Of a stretch of DNA of 64,000 bases, positions 58,133 through 64,000 are shown piece after piece. Origin of the DNA: a virus. Its lineage: Duplodnaviria > Caudoviricetes. The stretch is from the IMG/VR virus record IMGVR_UViG_3300021060_000040, positions 54,227 through 118,226 of that record. One strand, written 5' to 3'. The translations under genes were made by a program, and so were the position numbers. Each line of letters opens with the position of its first letter. Positions within the stretch are counted from its first letter, which is position 1. The notes beneath the pieces were generated by a model, which made no database searches, was not told the DNA's origin, and saw only the letters and a program-made list of their open reading frames with translations.

Positions 58133-58429
58133 TTAGCCCTTGGGGGTGGTCTTGGCGGCCGAGCCGTCGGCCGACGCCTGGGAGGTAGGCGTCGAGGGCT
58201 GGTCCGTGGTCGCGCTGGCAGCCGCGGGTGCGGCAGTCGCGGCGATGGTCGCAACCGTAACGATGCTCACGGGTGCAGACTGTCGGGCAGCTTCACTCGC
58301 TTCGATTTTGGCTTCACGCTCGGCGTGGAATTGAGCCAGGGCCTCTTCGACCTCGGGGTTAATTTGCTGGCTTGAAAATCGCGAGCGAGCGCTGTCCTCG
58401 CGGGTGCGCCAGCCTTTGGGCGGAATCAT
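58133..58429 (-). CDS. Low-complexity hypothetical protein
   Basis: Between capsid and adaptor genes. Confidence 0.5.
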   Translation of the reverse strand: MIPPKGWRTREDSARSRFSSQQINPEVEEALAQFHAEREAKIEASEAARQSAPVSIVTVATIAATAAPAAASATTDQPSTPTSQASADGSAAKTTPKG

Positions 58430-58515
58430 GCGGATGTCCTAAACTGGGGAAGGGGCACGCGAGAGGGATGTCGCCCTCTCGCTTGTTTTTCATGCGCAAT
58501 CGCGCAAGCGTTCGC

Positions 58516-59502
58516 TCAAAGCTTATGATCGAACTTCACGATGCGGATGAGCTTTTTGTCGTAGACCCGCTCCCAGTTCGCCGGGTTGGCATACTCGGCA
58601 TTGGTCGGGCCGGAGGCGGCGGCGGCCACACCCTTCCACCGAATGCCGCGCGGGTGCATGACCCACTGCTTCCGGTTGACGATCCACTCCTGGCCCATCA
58701 ATTTTAGCGAGTCGCGGTCGGTCTCGACCGGTACCTTCGGGGAGCCGCTGGCGTAGCCGATGGCTCCCGGACCGAAGAGGTACGAGGTGAAAACGCGGTC
58801 CGTGCCCGAGCCGCTTACGGGCATGTTGTCGTCGACGATGACGCGCTTGCCCATGTAGGTCGGGATGACCTCGTCAGTGTCACTGGCCTTGATGGTATCG
58901 ATCAGATCCAGCTTCACCATGGTTTTCAGGGTGGCCGAATGGACAGCCAGCGCGGTCAGGCCCCCGCTCATGTCGCCCAGGAGGAACGAGGCGTCGATGA
59001 ACGAGGAAGTCGAGAACTTCGCCGCGTTGGAGTCCTTCAGCCCCGAGATGTCCATGACGTTGCCTTCCATGCCAGCCGAGGTCAGCGACCCCTTCAGGAT
59101 GGAGAGCAGGCAGATCTGGTATCGGCGCACCCACCAGTCCGCGAAGCGGTTCTGAATGGCGGTGAGCGGGTCGGCCGACGCGAGTTCGCCCGAGAGGTCG
59201 GTGGCGCCGAAGGACTTGCCACGCAGGGTCTTAACCGCGATGTCCTTGTCGACGGTGATGCCGTCGACGGTCAGGTCCTGTGTATCGTCGAGCTGCACCT
59301 CGCCGTGAACGTCGCTGGCGTCGAGATCCTTGAAAAACGGCATGATGACCGTCGGACCGTGGAGCTGGGTACCGAGCTCGGCCGACATGTCGGCGATGAT
59401 GCCGGACCGGAACAGCTCGCTTTTCTCGGTGGTGTGGACCTCAATATAGGCGTTCCACTCGGACGGCTCGGGGAGCATATCCGCAAATCTCGTGGTGGTC
59501 AT
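58516..59502 (-). CDS. Major capsid protein
   Basis: TTR.AD...PE...SGI...MPFF.DL...DP..AI...HS.....L...TYMG..VIVDD.MP...HP.G..W...NW.RV. Confidence 0.9.
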   Translation of the reverse strand: MTTTRFADMLPEPSEWNAYIEVHTTEKSELFRSGIIADMSAELGTQLHGPTVIMPFFKDLDASDVHGEVQLDDTQDLTVDGITVDKDIAVKTLRGKSFGATDLSGELASADPLTAIQNRFADWWVRRYQICLLSILKGSLTSAGMEGNVMDISGLKDSNAAKFSTSSFIDASFLLGDMSGGLTALAVHSATLKTMVKLDLIDTIKASDTDEVIPTYMGKRVIVDDNMPVSGSGTDRVFTSYLFGPGAIGYASGSPKVPVETDRDSLKLMGQEWIVNRKQWVMHPRGIRWKGVAAAASGPTNAEYANPANWERVYDKKLIRIVKFDHKL

Positions 59503-59584
59503 TTCTTTTCTTCTTGCTTTTTATTTTTGCTTTTGTTTTTACTTTTGGCCCACCACGAGTTTTTTTACGGGTGGTTAGGCAGAA

Positions 59585-60478
59585 TCAGGCCGCTGCGCCC
59601 GCTGCCTGCATCAGCTGAGCCGCGAGCCGCGGGTCTTTCTTCTTCAACAGAACCTGCTCGGTTCGGTTGATCGTCTCCTTGGCCCAGGGGTTCTTGATGC
59701 CCGGAGCGATCGGAGCAGGTAGGCCCGGCGCAATCCCGGTTCCCGAAAGAGCGTCGGGTGCGAACAAGGCCGGCATGGTGGTTTTGAGCTCGCCAACGAG
59801 GTCGGCGACCGACATGGGCACGAGGCTTGTCCCCTCGAGTTTGAACCGGGGCTCGCCGGCGGCGTCGACAACGACACGCTGGAGTCGCCCGTCCTTCTCG
59901 ATGGTCTGTATTGATTTCGAAAGCAGCATCTCGGCGGCCGGCTGCACGCCGTCCACGAGCTTGACCTTGCCGAGCTCGGTCTTGATGTCGTTGTCTACCA
60001 GCAGGATCTTCAGTTGGGCACGTAGGGCAACGGCGGCGGCCTTCTCAGCCTCCAATTGCGTCTGCCACTGCGTCTTCTCACTCCCAAGGGCGTGCTCCCA
60101 CCCCGCTTTGGCAGCCGTGACCGCACTTGATATCTGCTCCTCGAGCTTGGCGCCCTTCGGCAGAGCCTTGAGGCCGTCGAGCTCGGTCTTCAGCGCCTTG
60201 GCCTCGGCCGGCGTCAGCCCCTCGAATTCAGCGAGCTGAACCACGGCGGTACGGGCGGTCGTAGGATCGAGATCCTTGAACGGAGCGAGTTGCCGCTCGA
60301 GTTGGGTCTTCAGGTTGCGCTCGGCCTTCAGCGAGTTCGTGAGGCCGCCGATGTCCTGGAGGTCCCACCCATCGACAGGCTTAACCTGAAGGAAGAACTT
60401 CCCGTCCTTCTCCACGTATTCGCCCTGCAGAGGCTCAGGAACGGTGGTGATGTCGTTAACAATTGCGTCGAGTGCCAT
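59585..60478 (-). CDS. Scaffolding protein
   Basis: Y.EKDGKF.L.V...L...L..ER; coiled coil; C-terminal NPW.K...N.TEQ; upstream of the capsid gene. Confidence 0.8.
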   Translation of the reverse strand: MALDAIVNDITTVPEPLQGEYVEKDGKFFLQVKPVDGWDLQDIGGLTNSLKAERNLKTQLERQLAPFKDLDPTTARTAVVQLAEFEGLTPAEAKALKTELDGLKALPKGAKLEEQISSAVTAAKAGWEHALGSEKTQWQTQLEAEKAAAVALRAQLKILLVDNDIKTELGKVKLVDGVQPAAEMLLSKSIQTIEKDGRLQRVVVDAAGEPRFKLEGTSLVPMSVADLVGELKTTMPALFAPDALSGTGIAPGLPAPIAPGIKNPWAKETINRTEQVLLKKKDPRLAAQLMQAAGAAA

Positions 60479-60512
60479 ATCCATCCCGGATATTGCGGGG
60501 CATCCCGCCCCT

Positions 60513-60550
60513 AAAACAAAAAAAGACCCGGGGCATCGCGCCCGCGGGTC
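60513..60550 (-). terminator. Intrinsic terminator upstream of the scaffold gene
   Basis: GACCCG...CGGGTC hairpin followed by TTTTTTTGTTTT. Confidence 0.7.
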
Positions 60551-60730
60551 CGAGGTATTTCCCCAAGCTGGGGCTGATCGCAGGTTGATCAGTGCTGTTG
60601 TTGGTCTTGACCTGCGAATTCTATGCGGCGGCACCCGGCATGGCCGGAGCTCTTGAGCATCCCTTCTCGACCGTGCTGCGAGGTGGGACCGCGAAGGCTC
60701 AACCGGATGGGAGAGGCATCCGGGAGCTGA
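60551..60730 (-). ncRNA. Candidate structured RNA
   Basis: Several nested and adjacent perfect helices in a non-coding gap; no family recognised. Confidence 0.35.
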
Positions 60731-60735
60731 TGGGA

Positions 60736-60957
60736 TCAGAAGCCCGAGGCGGGCGTGGCGATCGTGATGGGCGCCTTGGTCGCGGCCCGAGCCTTCACCT
60801 CGAGCACGAGGCTCGGGTTACTCGAACCCTCTTCGGGATCGCCAAGGAACCGGATCGAGCGCACGTAGCCACTCGAGGTCTTGAAGATGTCCGAAACGAC
60901 GATCGCGACCACGTCGGCGATCTCGATCTTGGAGGTGGAATTGGTGGCGACGGTCAT
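60736..60957 (-). CDS. Hypothetical protein
   Basis: 73-aa beta-rich ORF after tRNA-Phe. Confidence 0.55.
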   Translation of the reverse strand: MTVATNSTSKIEIADVVAIVVSDIFKTSSGYVRSIRFLGDPEEGSSNPSLVLEVKARAATKAPITIATPASGF

Positions 60958-61009
60958 GACGCTCTCTTGGGCGCCGGCCCGCGCGGGCGCAGGCGCGAGA
61001 TGATGAATC

Positions 61010-61085
61010 TGGCCGGGGAGACAGGTCTCGAACCTGTGACGCGCAGCTCTTCAGGCTGCCGCTCTACCTTCTGAGCTACTCCCCA
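61010..61085 (-). tRNA. tRNA-Phe(GAA), atypical
   Basis: 76-nt cloverleaf, anticodon arm GCAGC-CUGAAGA-GCUGC, encoded CCA. Confidence 0.85.
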
Positions 61086-61104
61086 GCGGGAGGCGCCCGC
61101 GACT

Positions 61105-62088
61105 TCAGAAGTCGCTGAGTGCCGAACGCTTCCAGTGGTTGGTCGAGACGCAGCGGTACTCGTAGCCCTGGTCCCAGGCGTGCTCGCCAGTCACACAGGC
61201 CGAGCCTGAGGAGCCAGGGGCATGCGGGAAGGTCTCGGCGAAACGGCCGGCCGTAACCAGGCCGGTATCATCGATCCGGAGCATCCAGCCGCCCGGCGAC
61301 AGGTAACCGAGCTGACCATCGTAGTAGCCCAGGTAATGCCCCGCACCGCCGTTGCCGTCGCCATCGAGGGCGATCCAGTTGTTGGCGGGGATCGCGATTG
61401 CCTGCTTCGAGTACGTGCCGCCCGACAGATCGAGGCCGATGCCGAACGAGGCGCCGACATTGCCGGTCGAAAAGGCCCGGTCGAAGGTGACGCCCGGAGT
61501 ACCGGACACCACGACGCCATAGCCCACATGGGTGCCGTTGGGGCCGCTGGCTGCGATATGGGCGCCGACACGCTGACGGTTCGGATCGCCGCCGCCAGCC
61601 GATGCGGACACGTCCAGCTCGGCTGCGATGCAGCCGGCCGTTGGATTGGTCTCGCCCGAGGTGTCGACGCAGTTGCCGTTCAGGGCCCAGGAAGGCCCGG
61701 TCGGAGAAACCCCGTTCGACTCGCGGAAGATCGTGCCGTTCACGGCGACGTTCTGCGATCCGGTGCTGGCGCGGCTCTTGTTGTGCAGTTCACCCGTGAT
61801 CGTCCACTCGAAGCCGGCGTTGTCCGCTCCCGAGCTGCCGAGGACCCAAAGGCCCTTGTAGGTGTTCCACTTTTGCCCGGAGCCGTGATCGACGTGCCGG
61901 TCGATGCGCAGCGTCGGCGCGTCCTCGAAGTTCCCCGGGGCGTTCCAGAGCATCAGGTGGGCGCCGCCATTGAGGCCGGGCATTCCGGTCCCTTCGACGT
62001 TGGTCACCCACGGCGGGTTGTAGGGATCGGCGACGGCGGCCGGCGCGGCAAGCAGCAGCGCGGCCAGCACAGCGAGTGTACGGCGCAT
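61105..62088 (-). CDS. Secreted Gly-rich beta protein with fibre-like C-terminus
   Basis: Signal MRRTLAVLAALLLAAPAAVA; C-terminal P.SS...C..G..AWD..Y.Y.C...N.WKR.AL. Confidence 0.75.
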   Translation of the reverse strand: MRRTLAVLAALLLAAPAAVADPYNPPWVTNVEGTGMPGLNGGAHLMLWNAPGNFEDAPTLRIDRHVDHGSGQKWNTYKGLWVLGSSGADNAGFEWTITGELHNKSRASTGSQNVAVNGTIFRESNGVSPTGPSWALNGNCVDTSGETNPTAGCIAAELDVSASAGGGDPNRQRVGAHIAASGPNGTHVGYGVVVSGTPGVTFDRAFSTGNVGASFGIGLDLSGGTYSKQAIAIPANNWIALDGDGNGGAGHYLGYYDGQLGYLSPGGWMLRIDDTGLVTAGRFAETFPHAPGSSGSACVTGEHAWDQGYEYRCVSTNHWKRSALSDF

Positions 62089-62116
62089 TCTCTTCCTGAT
62101 GTCGGTTATGAATTGT

Positions 62117-62203
62117 TGGCGGAGCGCTGAGGGCTCGAACCCCTGACCTTGCGGTCCCCTCGGTTTTCGAGACCGATTGCCAGCCGCCCCGGCGGCGCGC
62201 TCC
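62117..62203 (-). tRNA. tRNA-Ser(CGA), non-canonical fold
   Basis: Anticodon arm UCGGU-CUCGAAA-ACCGA, long V-arm, G73, CCA. Confidence 0.8.
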
Positions 62204-62204
62204 T

Positions 62205-62291
62205 TGGCGGAGGGACGAGGGATCGAACCTCGGCGGCCTTTCGGCCTCGCCGGCTTAGCAAGCCGGTGCTTTACCACTCAGCCACCCCTCC
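62205..62291 (-). tRNA. tRNA-Ser(GCT)
   Basis: Canonical type II cloverleaf, loop UUGCUAA, G73, CCA. Confidence 0.92.
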
Positions 62292-62334
62292 GCGGGCGCG
62301 AGCGCATTGGTGTTGCCCGTTCGGGCGAAAGCTT

Positions 62335-62418
62335 TGGTGCGCGACCCAGGATTTGAAACTGGACGCCCGTAGGCGCTGAGGCCTGAGCTCAGTGCGTCTG
62401 CCGTTCCGCCAGCCGCGC
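62335..62418 (-). tRNA. tRNA-Leu(CAG)
   Basis: Loop CUCAGGC, V-arm, A73, CCA; U53-C61 mismatch in the T-stem. Confidence 0.88.
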
Positions 62419-62459
62419 ATCAGGGTGTTTAGCCCTGCGCCCGCAGGCCAGGGGCCGTC

Positions 62460-62741
62460 TCAATGGACGGCGGCGTCCTCGGGGCGCTCGAAGACGAGCG
62501 TGTCGTCGGGCATGAGCCGGACGATGTCCCCCGCGACGCAGGATCGCGCGGTGTCGACGCCCTGGACGGTAAAGCCGCCCAGGCCGTTGAGCACGATCTC
62601 GCCGGAGAGCATCCGATCGACGATCCAGGCCGGCGCCGCTTCAGAGGCAGCCTGCCCGAGTACGGGGAGCTGCCAGGTGCCCGTCGTGGGCGGTGCGGGG
62701 GCCGAAGGGTCCATCGGGGTGCAGAACTCCAACTTGCCCAA
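62460..62741 (-). CDS. Hypothetical protein
   Basis: P.W...G..........GD.V pattern. Confidence 0.45.
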   Translation of the reverse strand: MGKLEFCTPMDPSAPAPPTTGTWQLPVLGQAASEAAPAWIVDRMLSGEIVLNGLGGFTVQGVDTARSCVAGDIVRLMPDDTLVFERPEDAAVH

Positions 62742-62807
62742 ACCGTATACCCCAACCGTCCGGGTTTGTCAAGTCGCGATCAGAGTTTCAATGGAAAGTC
62801 AACCCGT

Positions 62808-63227
62808 TCAATCGGGAAAATCGCCTCGGTCCAGCCTTTTCTTGTCGCTGTCCGACAGCACCCGCGCGGACACGACCCGCATGCCTGGGATCTCCTCGCC
62901 CTGGGTCTTGATCACCGCGATGTGCTCGTCCTTCCAGTAGACGAACCCACACTGCGCCAGACCGGAGCCCGAGCAGTACCGGGTCTCGTGCGGAAACGTC
63001 TTGCAGACGTCCTCCCGGCCCGGCGAGCACTTGTTCGGGTCGTTCGTTGTCGGCCCCTGACCCCAACCGGTCGCGAGCAGGCGATCCCGGGCGTCCATGA
63101 AGCTCTTGCCGCGCAGGTCGGGCAGCGTCGGAGTTGGCGTGGGGGCCGCTTTCGGCGTGGATTTCTCGTAGGCCGAGGCGAGGGTAGGGGCCGTGATCAG
63201 AACGAGGGCGAACAGGGCAGCGCGCAT
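62808..63227 (-). CDS. Exported Cys-containing protein
   Basis: Signal peptide; AR..L...GW...C...PE...CSG.G...C.F.W. Confidence 0.65.
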   Translation of the reverse strand: MRAALFALVLITAPTLASAYEKSTPKAAPTPTPTLPDLRGKSFMDARDRLLATGWGQGPTTNDPNKCSPGREDVCKTFPHETRYCSGSGLAQCGFVYWKDEHIAVIKTQGEEIPGMRVVSARVLSDSDKKRLDRGDFPD

Positions 63228-63388
63228 AGGTTCTCCGCATGGCAAATGGCCAAGCTTCAACTACAAGTGCGCAGCCCGGATTCGCAACAGCTTTAAGCGA
63301 CACCAATCATCGCCCGCTCGCCGTACGGCAACCTCACGTTCACACCGCGCTCCTAAAAAGGCGGACCTCGGCTCGGGAAGCGGCGAAG

Positions 63389-64000
63389 ATGGCCTTTACT
63401 GCAAAGCTTTTCCATAACTTGACAAAGAGACCGGATAGAAAATGGCCGTTTCGGCTTTGCATGGCCTGCAGTGTTTTAGCGGTATGCATAATTGTGGGGT
63501 CTATCGATAAGACCTCCCAAAACAGCTGCGGTTTAAAGGGCCGCGCTTTCCCTCCATATCAGGGGGAGATAGCTGAACGCCACCGCACCCTCAAAAGCAG
63601 CGAGATGTGGACCGAGACAGAGCGCACGGTGTTCGAGTATATCTCGTATTATCCGGACCCGTATGAGGCATGGTGCATGTCAAAAACCGACCGCCGCGTC
63701 AGACCCGACAAAATGACCTACGCCGAAGTCGACCGGAATGCTGAACACGCCCTATTCATCAGGCACCTAATAATCAACATCAGCGAATATATACCCTACA
63801 CGCGCTACGCAGTGGGCGCTGCAGCGGGCGTAGTCACAGTATTGTACTCGGCGTTCAAGGGGGTCAGACACTTGCACCGCATGCTGATCTGCGAGAAGGA
63901 CCCAAGCCCCCCGACTATCGCTGAGTTGGTGGCGGCCTTGCGGGCCGTCGGATACACGACAAACCAATCCAATGGATGGATTTCCGAGCCCAATCTATGA
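63389..64000 (+). CDS. Membrane hypothetical protein (AT-richer, opposite strand)
   Basis: Two hydrophobic segments; stop codon at the window end. Confidence 0.45.
   Translation: MAFTAKLFHNLTKRPDRKWPFRLCMACSVLAVCIIVGSIDKTSQNSCGLKGRAFPPYQGEIAERHRTLKSSEMWTETERTVFEYISYYPDPYEAWCMSKTDRRVRPDKMTYAEVDRNAEHALFIRHLIINISEYIPYTRYAVGAAAGVVTVLYSAFKGVRHLHRMLICEKDPSPPTIAELVAALRAVGYTTNQSNGWISEPNL

Noticed and set aside
61010-62418. tRNAs as a prophage attachment site
   Set aside because: No integrase or duplicated tRNA 3' end; the tRNAs lie within phage genes

Overview
The whole window looks like part of a large, GC-rich myovirus-type phage genome, probably a phage-plasmid of an alphaproteobacterium. The host call (Rhizobiales/Methylobacterium-like) is inferred from the GapR/DUF2312 gene and from C-terminal tags resembling alphaproteobacterial ssrA. 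The left half (~1-29.9 kb, mostly + strand) carries NAD salvage (Nudix C-terminus plus NadV), class II ribonucleotide reductase, a MazG-like NTPase, GapR, TerB/TerC, DHFR/ThyA and a transglycosylase. It also has an HTH(rep-like) / 1-kb 8-mer array / ParA / partner module, macro-like, SLOG and DUF4326 proteins, and an MT-A70/NTase/HD/PQ-loop operon. Two AT-richer cargo genes (FkbM methyltransferase, AIPR) sit near the strand switch. The right half (31.8-62.4 kb, - strand) carries dNMP kinase, a phosphoesterase, the lysis cassette, a P2/Mu-like contractile tail, baseplate, two fibres, head completion, capsid, scaffold and four tRNAs. No integrase, terminase or portal is visible here. The strongest unexplained signals are: (1) an unbroken ~121-unit degenerate 8-bp array upstream of parA; (2) a dispersed TTGC-N4-TTGC-N4-TTGC intergenic motif; (3) ssrA-like and Ala-Ala C-terminal degrons on non-virion proteins; (4) atypical tRNAs and a structured ncRNA candidate. 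All family calls come from motif recognition by eye; no searches were run.
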